NCBI GenBank assembly: GCA_035622135.1
Contig: DASPVZ010000007.1
Location: 13,635 to 77,634, forward strand
Reading direction: 5' to 3'
From: Candidatus Cybelea sp.
GTDB taxonomy: Bacteria > Acidobacteriota > Terriglobia > Acidiferrales > UBA7541
DNA length: 64,000 nt
A model generated the notes under the pieces. The model searched no databases and had not been told where the DNA came from. It worked only from the letters and a program-made list of their open reading frames with translations. This document shows positions 1 through 10,065 of this stretch, one piece after another. Numbering within the stretch: the first letter of the stretch is position 1; every line of letters begins with the position of its first letter. The position numbers were made by a program, and so were the translations under genes.

Positions 1-154
1 CGCTTGGTTGGAGCGCGATCCAGGCCGCCACGACGAAAAACAAAGTCTCCACCGCAGCCAACGAAACCCCATTCGTACCTCCGAACGATGCGACGGTAAG
101 CACGAGCCCCGAAATCAGCGCGGCTTGAGCGGCCCTGGTTGAGGCTCTGCTCAT
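1..154 (-). CDS. 5' end of an uncharacterised hydrophobic (membrane) protein; continues past the window edge
   Basis: ATG at 152-154 (minus) overlaps the TGA of the upstream kinase gene as ATGA. My translation is MSRASTRAAQAALISGLVLTVASFGGTNGVSLAAVETLFFVVAAWIALQPS, which is hydrophobic. It is absent from the ORF track because it is truncated. Being in an EPS locus suggests a polymerase/ligase-type membrane protein, but that is a guess. Confidence 0.4.
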   Translation of the reverse strand, partial: MSRASTRAAQAALISGLVLTVASFGGTNGVSLAAVETLFFVVAAWIALQPS

Positions 155-2475
155 TTCGAGTTCCCGTTTGTCTGCGCGCGCTGGTACCCGTAGCTGTAGT
201 AGTCATCCGTCGCGTCTGCGAAGTTGATGGTCGCTCCTAAAATATGCGATCCGGCGTCAACAGCCGATGAGCAGGCCCGATGGGCCAGATCGCGCGGAGT
301 CGTCCCGCTGCCAACCACCAGAATGACGCCGTCAACCAGTGTGGCCAGGATCCTGCTGTCCGCCAGATTGAGCAGCGGCGGTGAATCGAGCACAACGAAC
401 TTGTATTCCTTCGCAGCCTCGCGAATCAGGCTTGGCATCGATTCCGATGAAAGCAGGTCCGCCGGGTTCGGCGGAACCGGGCCGCAAAACAGGACGGACA
501 GTTCTGGCATCGGAGCGTGCCACAACAGGCTGCGCCAATCCAACTTTCCGGTCAGGAAATCAACCAGCCCTGCACCACTTTCCACGGCAAAGAAATTATG
601 TAAGCTCGGCCGCCGCAGATCCGCGTCGATGAGCAATACCGATTCGCCAAGCTGAGCGAGCGACAATGCGAGGTTAGCAGCAACCGTGGTCTTGCCTTCC
701 CCGGCCTGCGCGCTGGTCACCAATAGCGATGCAGGGGGCCGTTTGGCCCTCGACAGCAATACCGACGTGCGCAGACCATGAAAGGCCTCTGCCAGCGGAG
801 CATGCGAACCGCTTCCTTCAATGCGGTTCCAAGACCCTTTGCCGTTCGAGCCGCTTCCGCTCCTGTCGTGCAGCAGGTGCCGCGCTCGCCCATAGATTCC
901 TTGCGGATGGTTCGAATACTGAGAGTCGATGACCGGCACAACGCCCAATGCCGGCACCTGCAGGAACCGCTCGACGTCCTCCGTCGTCTTGAGCGTGTTG
1001 TCGAGGTGCTCTTCGAGAAACGCCGCGCCGGTTCCGAGGCACAATCCAATCAGCAAGGCCAGGGACAAGTTCAGGATCACGCGAGGCCGGGCTGGCTTCT
1101 TGGGGGGAAAGGCAGGATCCACAACCCGGATGTTTGTGGCCTTCAGGCTCTCTGAGACGCCTGTTTCCTTCAATTTCTCGAGCAAGCTGACGTACAGCTG
1201 CTTGTTCGTGTCCGCTTCTCGCTTGAGGATGTTGTACTGGACCGACCGCTCGGCGATTTCGTTTGCCTCTTTTTGCTGCCGTCGGAACGCGGCTTCGAGC
1301 ATGGTTTCGCGATCGACAGACGCCTGGTAGTCTTCCGCGATTCGTCGGGCCGCCTGATCTCGCCCGGCTTTGAGCACGGCCTCGCTTTCGTCGATCTGGC
1401 TCTGCACTTCCTTGACCCGCGGGTAATCGGCGGTGAAGGTGGCGATCAGTCGAGCGCGTTCGCGCTCGAGCTCGGCGAGACGTTCAGAAAGGTCCTGCAT
1501 CAGTTTATTGTCGAAAACCCCAGGAATCGAGGAGTAATCACCCTTCTGAACCAGCCGGTAGAAGGACTCCTTTTCGATCCGGTTCGCCTCCGCCAGGGTC
1601 AATTGTTGCTGCAGCTCGCGCAACTGCTGAACCACAATGTTCTCGGTTGTGCCCTTGTCCGTCTCGAGGAAGAGCAAACCATTGCTGCTCGCGTACTGTT
1701 CGAGCTCGTCCTCTGATTTTTCAAGCTTGGCCTTCAATCGGTCCAGCTCGTTCGACAGCCAGTCGCCGGCTTTTTGCGAAGCGTCCCATCGCGCCTGCAG
1801 GTTGTCATCGATGTAGGCGGCGGTCAGGGCATTCACGACATTCGCGGCGAGTTGTGGATCATTGGAATCAAAGGTTACCTCGATTAATCGACTCCTCTTG
1901 ACGGGTTCGACGCTGAGGCGATCCTCGAATTTCTTGAGCACCTCATCCGACACACTGGCCGTCGTAGTCCGTGCTTCGGGCGCGACAAATACCTGGGCTG
2001 TTTCCGGGTGCGCAGCCGGCCAGGTCGCGGCCGGCGTCGTGGTCTCCTTGGAGGCGAACTCCGCAACTTGGCTGAGGCCTAGCTGTTCGATCACCTTGCG
2101 GGCCAGGCTCTCGCTTTTCAGTATGCGGTTCTGGGTTTCCAGATAGGTGTCGGAGATGCTTTCCACCTGAAAGAGTTCCTGGAGCGTCGGAATATCAGGA
2201 TTTTCTTTTTGAATCTCGATCAGCGCGCGCGCTTCGTAGACCCGCTTTTCCCTGACCGTTGCAAACAGGGTCAAGCCAAAAACGACCACCAGCACAGTTA
2301 CGATCGTGGCTCGGCGCTTCCTCGCGACGCGCCAATACTCAAGCAGGTCCGGGATTCTGCTGATTTCGCTGTCGTAAACAACCCTTCCCTTCACCTCGCG
2401 CTCTTTCAAGGACGCATCGCGCTCGTCGTAACGCGTGATCTGTGTCTCAGAGTTCCTGGGAATCATGGCAACCAT
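151..2475 (-). CDS. Polysaccharide chain-length determinant / BY-family tyrosine autokinase (Wzc/GumC/EpsB type)
   Basis: N-terminal Wzz-like region with a TM segment (IVTVLVVVFGLTLF) and a long coiled coil, then a second TM. C-terminal P-loop ATPase (GEGKTTVAANLA, VLLIDADLRRP, FVVLDSPP) and a Tyr-rich tail DDYYSYGY. ATG at 2473-2475 shares one nt with the upstream TGA (TGATG); TTG at 2478 is the longest-ORF alternative. Confidence 0.9.
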   Translation of the reverse strand: MVAMIPRNSETQITRYDERDASLKEREVKGRVVYDSEISRIPDLLEYWRVARKRRATIVTVLVVVFGLTLFATVREKRVYEARALIEIQKENPDIPTLQELFQVESISDTYLETQNRILKSESLARKVIEQLGLSQVAEFASKETTTPAATWPAAHPETAQVFVAPEARTTTASVSDEVLKKFEDRLSVEPVKRSRLIEVTFDSNDPQLAANVVNALTAAYIDDNLQARWDASQKAGDWLSNELDRLKAKLEKSEDELEQYASSNGLLFLETDKGTTENIVVQQLRELQQQLTLAEANRIEKESFYRLVQKGDYSSIPGVFDNKLMQDLSERLAELERERARLIATFTADYPRVKEVQSQIDESEAVLKAGRDQAARRIAEDYQASVDRETMLEAAFRRQQKEANEIAERSVQYNILKREADTNKQLYVSLLEKLKETGVSESLKATNIRVVDPAFPPKKPARPRVILNLSLALLIGLCLGTGAAFLEEHLDNTLKTTEDVERFLQVPALGVVPVIDSQYSNHPQGIYGRARHLLHDRSGSGSNGKGSWNRIEGSGSHAPLAEAFHGLRTSVLLSRAKRPPASLLVTSAQAGEGKTTVAANLALSLAQLGESVLLIDADLRRPSLHNFFAVESGAGLVDFLTGKLDWRSLLWHAPMPELSVLFCGPVPPNPADLLSSESMPSLIREAAKEYKFVVLDSPPLLNLADSRILATLVDGVILVVGSGTTPRDLAHRACSSAVDAGSHILGATINFADATDDYYSYGYQRAQTNGNSK

Positions 2476-3572
2476 CAATACGGACGGAAAATGACCACTC
2501 CGCTGGCTGTAGCAACCGCCGTTTCCGTGCCCTTGAAGAACGCAGACTTGCTGTTGCTGTTGGGGACGAAAACAATGTCGGCAGCCCGCAGCGGGACGTC
2601 GGGAATCTTTCCGGCCAGAACTTTGCCCAGATCAACCGGAATCTCAGAACGGTGTCCGCTCAACTCGTCGGTGCGGATAATCCGCGTCTTGCGTTTGGCC
2701 GCGGTGGGCGTCAACCCTTCCGCCAGAGAAACCGCTTTGAGCAGCGACATTCGCTCGTTGGTTTGGATCGTGAACCCCCCCGGCCTCTTCACACCCCCAA
2801 CCACATAGACGATGCCGGCTCGCGTTACCTTGATGATATCGCCCGGATAAATCGGCACGTTATACGCGGGATTTCCGGTGTCGAGCAGCAGCCTCAGATC
2901 AACTTCGACCGTCTGGTGAGCGAGATCCGCTGCGCTCGCCGTTTCGGTTTCGCCCGCGCGGCTCGTTTGATCGGGTGGATCCGGTCCGGTCGCGTCTTTC
3001 CCGTCGTGAGGTTCAGAGCCGAAGCCGGCGCCGCGCATCACGATTACTTTGTCGCCCGCATTGTCGGTCAGGCCCTGCGCCATGGACAGCATCTCAAGCA
3101 GCGTCTTCGGACCACGCACCTGAAACACGCCTGGCTTCGTGACTTCGCCGATCACCGACACCGGGTGGCTCTCGATCGAAGATACAAACACTCCGACGTG
3201 CGGCTCGTTCATGTACGCCCGCAGTTTGGTTTCGAGCACGCGTTCGAGCTCCCGTGCGGTTAGTCCGGCGGCTTCGACCGACCCGATCAAGGGTATGGAT
3301 ATGTCGCCGGCCGCAGACACGCGTACCTTGTGATTGAGCTCTGGGGCGCCAAATACGCTCACTTCCAGCACGTCGTCGGCGCCAATGCGGTAATCGGCCG
3401 CATTCGACGACTCGCGCGCGAGCGAGGCTCCGAGATCCTCGAGCCGTCGATTGAAATCCTGAGCGGTATCAAGCGTTGCGCGGTCCTCTCTCCGCACGGG
3501 TTGCCGCGCATTCTGCGCAGGGAGGGGTGAAGCCAGCAGAATGAATTGAGCCAAAACAACCGTGATTCGCAT
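2475..3572 (-). CDS. Polysaccharide export protein (Wza-like; Poly_export + SLBB domains)
   Basis: Signal peptide MRITVVLAQFILLASPLPAQ. Poly_export-like YRIGADDVLEVSVFGAPELN. SLBB-like repeats (VSVIGEVTKPGVFQ, VYVVGGVKRPGGF). Start moved from GTG 3641 to ATG 3572 so the signal peptide is N-terminal. Stop overlaps the kinase start. Confidence 0.85.
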   Translation of the reverse strand: MRITVVLAQFILLASPLPAQNARQPVRREDRATLDTAQDFNRRLEDLGASLARESSNAADYRIGADDVLEVSVFGAPELNHKVRVSAAGDISIPLIGSVEAAGLTARELERVLETKLRAYMNEPHVGVFVSSIESHPVSVIGEVTKPGVFQVRGPKTLLEMLSMAQGLTDNAGDKVIVMRGAGFGSEPHDGKDATGPDPPDQTSRAGETETASAADLAHQTVEVDLRLLLDTGNPAYNVPIYPGDIIKVTRAGIVYVVGGVKRPGGFTIQTNERMSLLKAVSLAEGLTPTAAKRKTRIIRTDELSGHRSEIPVDLGKVLAGKIPDVPLRAADIVFVPNSNSKSAFFKGTETAVATASGVVIFRPY

Positions 3573-3848
3573 TCCCGTTTCGGAAGGTTTCCCGACGAAG
3601 CCGCCTCTACCAGCAAAACCCAAATATAAACGAGCCGACACACCCAGTCCCGGACGCGGGCGTCACCCTAGGGCTAACATGATTCCTCTGTCGAACCGGT
3701 TCTATACAGATCGTCCGGTATTTTCGCCTGGGAACGAGCTGCATGAGGGTGGGTTATAGCAGGTTCCGCGAATCGACGTCAACCGCACCGAAACAGGCCG
3801 CGGCGGCCCCCACTCGCTCACTCGTGGCCCGGTTTGAGGGCTTGGGCA

Positions 3849-6800
3849 TTAGGTGCGGGCCGCCGCCGTTTGACAGCTCAGCGCTTGTTCTCGGGCGACG
3901 GGGATTCCGTCGCGCAATGTCAGGGCCGCTCCCGAGTTCGCCGCCACGCGTTCCCCGGGAACCAAGATTCCCTCGAGATTTAACGGATCGGCGGCCGAAA
4001 TCGTCACCGTTTCGCCCTGCTGCTCTTGTCTCCGCATCGCGCGCAGAGACTCCACGGCTGCGGGGATGGCGAACTGCTCGCCCAAGAAACCGCTGACGAA
4101 CCGCCCCCCGCGAATCTCGCCGCGATCCTCGAGTCTTCTGAAGGCCACGAGCAACTCGCGCCATTTCGGCGCCATGTTCTCGCGTTCAAGGATCTCGCGG
4201 AACACGACTCCGTAGCGCCCGAGCAGCACCCAGCAGGTCGACGTGAGCACTGCTGATCGCTCGAGAGGGGCGCCCGTATTCAGCACCGACCAACGCCCCC
4301 CGCTGTGTCTTGGCCGCGCGATCCGCCCGGTACCGCGGCCGGCGCGCCTTCGCGGGTCAATCAGGGCGCGCAGATTGTCAAAATCGTCCGCGGTGATCAT
4401 CCCAACGGCAACCAGTTCCCAGAGTGCCGTCTCCACTTCGGACTTGAGTTTCCGTGTGCCGCGCACAATATCCGCAAAGAACGAGGCGCCGCGTTGCCCG
4501 AGAAATTTCAACACCTCGCGTCCATTCGGGCTGAGTCCGGGCGCGTCGTCATCTGTCTGAGGCAAATTTCGGACGTCCATCCAATCCGCATCTTCACGCA
4601 CAAAGAACGTGATGGGGGCCGCGCTCGTGGGCACAACCCGGCGAGAGGCGCCACCCGCTTGGCGCGCCGTCGCCGGATGGGGTGAAAGCCGCCCCCACCC
4701 CACCACCCCTGTCAGGCATAAGCGATCGAGGACTTTCCCGTCGTAGTCCGCGATCCGGGCGCGCAGGATTTGCTGCTCCCACGCATTCGAGGGCGCTTCA
4801 AACCCCTGGAGCTGACGCAGCACTTCGAGCGTTCCGCGCTCACCGAAGCACTTCGTTCCTTGTGAGAGGTGTTGCCAGCGCACGAGCCAGTGCATGAACT
4901 GCGCTGCGCTTACCGGCTGAATCTCATGGCGCAACTTGCCGACAGTAAGCCGGTGAATGCGGGCCAGCAGCCGGCGCTCGCACCATTCCGTTTCTCTCGA
5001 ATCGTGGTCGGTGAACTGCCCCCGCAGAATCGCCCCCGAATGTTCCATGCGCAGGAGTGTCTGCTGGGCTTGCGCCTCCGGAATTCCGAGCAGCAGAGCC
5101 AGTTCGCGCGCGGTCAAGGGGCCGGTGTGCGCCATCCAACCGGTCAGGGCCGCCAGCGCGGCCTGGTCAGCGGACAGGGGCACTCCGATTTGAGGCAGCA
5201 CCGATTCGAATACAGCCGAGGGAAATAGGGCCGTGAAACTCTTGGACCGCTCCGTCGCCACCCAGTAGGCGCGGCCCTCGACGGTGGCCCGCGTCGCGCG
5301 TCGCGCGGATACCAATTCTGAATAAAACCCGCGCCAAGCGGACCACGATTCCCGCAGCCGGGTGCCGAGCCAGGAAGCGCCGTCTGAAGGTGTTTCCGGC
5401 AGGGCCACCAGCGTCAACAACGAGTCGTGCAACTCATCCGCGTTGCGGACATCCGGCCAGGCCTCCTGCCGCACTTCCGCAATGGCTCCCGGATCAAGCC
5501 GCCCCACCTCGGACAGCACCGCCTCGGGCAGCACTCGTCGCATCTCAACGGCTCGCGCCCGCCGCTCTTCGAGAGGTGCATCGTCTAAATAGGCGTACGG
5601 ATTCGCGTTCAGAATTTCGTGCGCAAATTGCGAAGGAACCGGCGTGTCCACGGCGAGGCAGCGAATCCGCCCCTCGCCAATCGCGGCCAGTACTTCGCGC
5701 AACCCTTCGACGTCCATGGCCTCGGTGAGCGTTTCCTTCATCGCTTCGCGCACGAGCGGATGATCGGGAATTTGAATGTCGCCGACGATGTTTTCCTGGC
5801 AGGCCAGAGCCTCGGGAAAAACGGCCGCGAGCAGATCGTCCGACCTCATGCGCTGCAGTTGCGGCGGCACTTTCTTTCCCTGGCTGAACCGCAGCAAGGC
5901 AAGCGCGCGCCCGGCAACCCAGCGCCAGCGGGTCGTGAATATCGGGGAGGCAAGAACGGCCTGTTCCAAAACCAGCCCCAGGGACTCGGGGTGGAGAAAA
6001 TGAAATACATCGGCGAGCGGAAAACTGTGCTGTTCGCTGAGCGAGATGTTCAGCCCGTTGTCCGTCGCGGCCGCTTGCAATTCAAAATTGAACGACCGGC
6101 AGAAGCGCTTGCGCAGAGCCAGCCCCCAGGCCTTGTTGATCCGCCCTCCAAACGGCGCGTGAATAATGAGCTGCATCCCGCCGCTTTCATCGAAGAACCT
6201 CTCGGCGACGATGGTCTGCTGGGTAGGAACGGCACGAAGCACCGTCCGTCCCGCGATCACATATTCGATCGCCTGCTCGGCGCCCGCATCATCCAGGCCG
6301 CATTCCACCTTTAGCCAATCGAGCCCGTGGGCGACCCAGGGCCGTCTGGCCGTGAGCGTTTCCCCAGGGCCGTGCCCCATCGGTCGAGCAAGCTCGTCCG
6401 AGGCCGGGCAGAGTGAATCAATCTTTTCCCGAAGTTGCGCGATCCTACCCGACAGCTCGGCGGTCCGGGAAGGCGCCTCGCCGCGCCAGAAGGGGACATT
6501 CGGGGACGCGCCTTTGGCATCCTCGACTTGTACGGCCCCAGCTCGAACGCTGCGGATCCTCCACGATGTGTTGCCCAGCAGGAAAATGTCGCCGCGGAGG
6601 CTTTCGACGGCAAAGTCCTCATCCACGGTTCCGACGTTTAGGTGTTCGGGTTCGGCAATAACCGGGTAGAGCGCATTGTCGGGAATTGCGCCGCCACTGG
6701 TAATGGCGGCCAACCGGCTTCCGCGCCTTCCGCGGATACGGCCATTCACCCGATCGCGATGCAGGTAGGCTCCATAGCGTCCCCGCCGGGCAGCAATCCC

Positions 6801-8192
6801 TTCCGACAGCATCTCGATAATCGTCCCGAAATCCTCGCGCGAGAGGTTTCGATACGGATAGGCGCGGCGGATCAAGGCGAAGAGGTCATCCTCCTCCCAA
6901 TCCTCGGCGGCACAGGCGGCCACAATCTGCTGTGCCAGAATGTCCAGGGGCGCTTCGGGAATACAGGTCTTGTCCAGCTCTCCCTCGCGTATCGCCCACA
7001 CGAGGGCCGCGCATTCGATCAGTTCATCGCGGGTCGTCGCAAAAATCCGTCCCTTCGGCGTCGCTCCGCGCCAGTGGCCCGCCCGCCCGATGCGCTGCAG
7101 GGCCACCGCAATCGATCGCGGTGAGCCGATTTGGCAAACCAGATCGATGTTGCCGATGTCAATCCCCAGTTCGAGCGAAGCGGTGGCGACTAAGGCGCGC
7201 AGTTCTCCGGCTTTCAGCTTTGTCTCGACGGCCAGACGGCGCTGGCGAGAGAGACTCCCGTGATGCGAAGCAAGCGCACCCTCGCCCAACAGTCCAGTCA
7301 GATGATGCGCAACCCGCTCGGCCAGCCGTCTCGTGTTGACGAAGATCAGCGTCGAGCGATGCTGGGTCACCAGCTCGGCGAGCCGCTTATAGATCTCATC
7401 CCACATTTCATTCGAGGCGACGGGCCCCAGTTCGCTGGCCGGCACCTCGACGGCAAGGTCAGGCCGGCGCCGGTTCGCAATCTCGACGATTACCGGCTCC
7501 TTCCCCTCACTCCCGGAAAGGAATTTGGCAATCAACTCGATGGGCCGCTGAGTCGCCGACAGCCCAATGCGAACGGGCGGAGTGCCGACCAGCGCATCCA
7601 ACCGCGCAAGCGAAAGAGCCAGATGAGCCCCTCGCGCGTCGTCTGCGACGGCGTGGATTTCATCGACGATCACGGTCTTGACCGTGCGCAGGATTTCGCG
7701 GCTCCTGGCGGCAGTCAGCAGGATGAATAGGGATTCCGGCGTCGTCACCAGGATGTGCGGCGGGCGATCGAGCATGGCGCGGCGCTCGTGCATGAGCGTG
7801 TCGCCGGTGCGCACAGCCGTGCGGATCTCAGGCATCAGGAGACCGCGCTCGGCGGCCAGCTCGAGAATCCCCCCCAAGGGGATTTCGAGGTTCTTGCGAA
7901 TGTCGTTGCTGAGGGCCTTCAGCGGAGAAATGTAGAGAACTTCCGTTTCGTCGCGCAAATCTCCGATGAGCGCTTTGCGCACCAGCTTGTCAATGCATGC
8001 CAGAAATGCGGCGAGCGTCTTGCCCGAACCCGTGGGGGCGGAGATCAGCGTGGTTTCGCCGGCCAGAATCGGAGGCCAACCCTGTTCCTGCGGCTCTGTC
8101 GGCGTGCCGAAGCGGCCGAGAAACCATTCGCGAACGAGCGGGTGCGCCCAGGGGAGCCCAATAGACTTTTCGGATCCGAGATCTTGGTCCAT
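3849..8192 (-). CDS. lhr: Lhr-family large ATP-dependent DEAD/DEAH-box helicase
   Basis: ORF of about 1450-1477 aa. Motif I SAPTGSGKTLAAF, motif II VDEIH, and a helicase C domain, followed by the long Lhr-type C-terminal extension. The N-terminus PLVREWFLGRFGTPTEPQ resembles E. coli Lhr. Start uncertain: ATG 8192 (chosen, by spacing to the conserved W-F block), ATG 8249 or GTG 8282. Confidence 0.9.
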   Translation of the reverse strand: MDQDLGSEKSIGLPWAHPLVREWFLGRFGTPTEPQEQGWPPILAGETTLISAPTGSGKTLAAFLACIDKLVRKALIGDLRDETEVLYISPLKALSNDIRKNLEIPLGGILELAAERGLLMPEIRTAVRTGDTLMHERRAMLDRPPHILVTTPESLFILLTAARSREILRTVKTVIVDEIHAVADDARGAHLALSLARLDALVGTPPVRIGLSATQRPIELIAKFLSGSEGKEPVIVEIANRRRPDLAVEVPASELGPVASNEMWDEIYKRLAELVTQHRSTLIFVNTRRLAERVAHHLTGLLGEGALASHHGSLSRQRRLAVETKLKAGELRALVATASLELGIDIGNIDLVCQIGSPRSIAVALQRIGRAGHWRGATPKGRIFATTRDELIECAALVWAIREGELDKTCIPEAPLDILAQQIVAACAAEDWEEDDLFALIRRAYPYRNLSREDFGTIIEMLSEGIAARRGRYGAYLHRDRVNGRIRGRRGSRLAAITSGGAIPDNALYPVIAEPEHLNVGTVDEDFAVESLRGDIFLLGNTSWRIRSVRAGAVQVEDAKGASPNVPFWRGEAPSRTAELSGRIAQLREKIDSLCPASDELARPMGHGPGETLTARRPWVAHGLDWLKVECGLDDAGAEQAIEYVIAGRTVLRAVPTQQTIVAERFFDESGGMQLIIHAPFGGRINKAWGLALRKRFCRSFNFELQAAATDNGLNISLSEQHSFPLADVFHFLHPESLGLVLEQAVLASPIFTTRWRWVAGRALALLRFSQGKKVPPQLQRMRSDDLLAAVFPEALACQENIVGDIQIPDHPLVREAMKETLTEAMDVEGLREVLAAIGEGRIRCLAVDTPVPSQFAHEILNANPYAYLDDAPLEERRARAVEMRRVLPEAVLSEVGRLDPGAIAEVRQEAWPDVRNADELHDSLLTLVALPETPSDGASWLGTRLRESWSAWRGFYSELVSARRATRATVEGRAYWVATERSKSFTALFPSAVFESVLPQIGVPLSADQAALAALTGWMAHTGPLTARELALLLGIPEAQAQQTLLRMEHSGAILRGQFTDHDSRETEWCERRLLARIHRLTVGKLRHEIQPVSAAQFMHWLVRWQHLSQGTKCFGERGTLEVLRQLQGFEAPSNAWEQQILRARIADYDGKVLDRLCLTGVVGWGRLSPHPATARQAGGASRRVVPTSAAPITFFVREDADWMDVRNLPQTDDDAPGLSPNGREVLKFLGQRGASFFADIVRGTRKLKSEVETALWELVAVGMITADDFDNLRALIDPRRRAGRGTGRIARPRHSGGRWSVLNTGAPLERSAVLTSTCWVLLGRYGVVFREILERENMAPKWRELLVAFRRLEDRGEIRGGRFVSGFLGEQFAIPAAVESLRAMRRQEQQGETVTISAADPLNLEGILVPGERVAANSGAALTLRDGIPVAREQALSCQTAAART

Positions 8193-8349
8193 GGAGGTAG
8201 GTGGAGGCCTCGGCGGCGCGCTCACCGCAGCCTCAGCCGAAGCTCCCATTCTCGCTCGGAGCACAATCGGAATCAAATACACCCACGACGGGCAGGCACC
8301 GCGGCCGAGACAAACCGCAGCGAAGCGGACGAGTCCGGACCACGGAACG

Positions 8350-10005
8350 TCAGTGTCCCGGCGAAGTGGGACGGAGGTGCAGGATCAAGAGAAAACCAAA
8401 CGGATGTCCGGCGTACACGGGAGTCAGGAACTCGGGCTTGCCGTACGCGATGAGTTGTCCGCCCAATGCGCTTGAGATGTGCGGCAGGAGTTCAAATTCG
8501 CGGTCGTAGCCGGCCGTGTAGGCCTCGACGCGCGCGAGAAAGGTTTCCTCGAATCCCGGCGGCAGGGGATTTTCGCCAAGCAGGAGCAGGTTCGTGCGGT
8601 CGACGTTTTCGACTCGGGTCCATGCATAGTTCCGCCGCGCAAAACGAAGCGTACTTTCGCCAAGGTAGCTCGTGTAAATCTCCCCGCCCGGAAGCGTCTC
8701 GTTACGACCCCAAATCAGCGTGCTGGCCCAGTTGCCCCAGGCGGCGAACGGGCGGTTGTACATAACCGAGGCCGTCATGCGCAGCGTATCTTCCAGCGGG
8801 AACAGCCCTTCCGGGCTGTGCAGGCGACCGATCGAGTATTGCCCGCTCCAGTTCGGCGCGGGACTGACGGTCAGGCGCGTCGACCAGGAATCGATCGCGC
8901 CGGAATCGATGGTCCAACGGTTCTCGCCCGGCTCGCGCCCGTGAAATCCCGACAGTTCGACTCGCGCGATCCAATAGGTCCATCCTACGGTGACCACGTC
9001 GTAGGAGATGTGCGTTGAGTCCTGCAAGTGGTGCCCGAGCGGCGCCAGCGGGTCCTCACTGGCTGATGCGCGGTGCGGATATGCTTCCGGACCGAGCGCC
9101 GGATCGCCAACGGGTGCCCCGTACAGGGACAAGAGCGCATGTTCGCCGATCTTGATGTCGTACAGCGCGGCGATCTCCATGATGAAGTTGTGCGGGTGCT
9201 GACCATCGACAATTGGCTTTCCGTAGGCGGTTTCGCCGAGCTGGAAAAGCTCAGGGTACTGCCGGTCCGTAACGGTAGCGGGTTCGAGGCTGAACATCGC
9301 GCGCATCGTCAACGTCCCTGGGCCAAGCGAGTGTTGCGCCATCGGCATCAGCCAGCTCGTGCTGAAGAATTTGTCCGCCCCTCGCGGGCCAGTTTGTTGC
9401 GTGTCGTTTATCCAGGCCGAGCCGTGAAACATCAACATCCACGGGCCGACCTGCTTCATGAACATCGGATGTGGGGCGGAGGCGGGCTCAGCGCTCGTTC
9501 CGGCGGTACCATGCTGCAGGATTTCATCGATGAGCGTCTGGGGCGCGCTCATGGACATGCCCGGCATCGGCCTGTCCAAGCCGGACGATCCGATCGAGTT
9601 AAGCGAGCCGGATTCGATTGCCCTCACCGCGGCAGTTGCCTTCGCGCCGTGTTGGGCGAGAAACCTCGAACACGGGCAACGCTCACCTGGGTCGCACAGG
9701 TGTTCCGGCATGGTTCCGGCCCCTGAGAGTCGGGGGATGAAAGTGATGCAAAATGCAGCGAGCAAGAAGGCTCGGGCGAAGGAGCTCGCGAGAGAGGCTA
9801 GCCTGCACCGGCGCTCCCGAGCGTACCCATGACGTAAGGATCCGCAGCCTTCCTTCACACTTTGTCTCTCGGGAGGTACGTGGTCCTTTGTTTCCGAATC
9901 TGACACGTCGGCACTCGTCGCGGCGTTTTCCGTGGTCGACTCCAACCTTCCGTCTCCTAGCGCAGGACGTCTCAACAGAACGCACGAAATCTTGGCGGAT
10001 TGCAA
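8350..10005 (-). CDS. Uncharacterised protein, probably exported; Cys/Met/His-rich motifs
   Basis: 551-aa maximal ORF with a TTG start. An in-frame GTG at 9858 would put the hydrophobic stretch ASLASSFARAFLLAAFCITF near the N-terminus (signal-like). Motifs: CDPGERCPC, PMPGMSMS, DGQHPHNFIME, HHLQDSTH. I cannot name a family. Confidence 0.55.
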   Translation of the reverse strand: MQSAKISCVLLRRPALGDGRLESTTENAATSADVSDSETKDHVPPERQSVKEGCGSLRHGYARERRCRLASLASSFARAFLLAAFCITFIPRLSGAGTMPEHLCDPGERCPCSRFLAQHGAKATAAVRAIESGSLNSIGSSGLDRPMPGMSMSAPQTLIDEILQHGTAGTSAEPASAPHPMFMKQVGPWMLMFHGSAWINDTQQTGPRGADKFFSTSWLMPMAQHSLGPGTLTMRAMFSLEPATVTDRQYPELFQLGETAYGKPIVDGQHPHNFIMEIAALYDIKIGEHALLSLYGAPVGDPALGPEAYPHRASASEDPLAPLGHHLQDSTHISYDVVTVGWTYWIARVELSGFHGREPGENRWTIDSGAIDSWSTRLTVSPAPNWSGQYSIGRLHSPEGLFPLEDTLRMTASVMYNRPFAAWGNWASTLIWGRNETLPGGEIYTSYLGESTLRFARRNYAWTRVENVDRTNLLLLGENPLPPGFEETFLARVEAYTAGYDREFELLPHISSALGGQLIAYGKPEFLTPVYAGHPFGFLLILHLRPTSPGH

Positions 10006-10065
10006 CAGGCGCCAACCCTCAGACGACAGCTCGGCTGGAATGGCATTTAACCTCTGGAAAACGGT

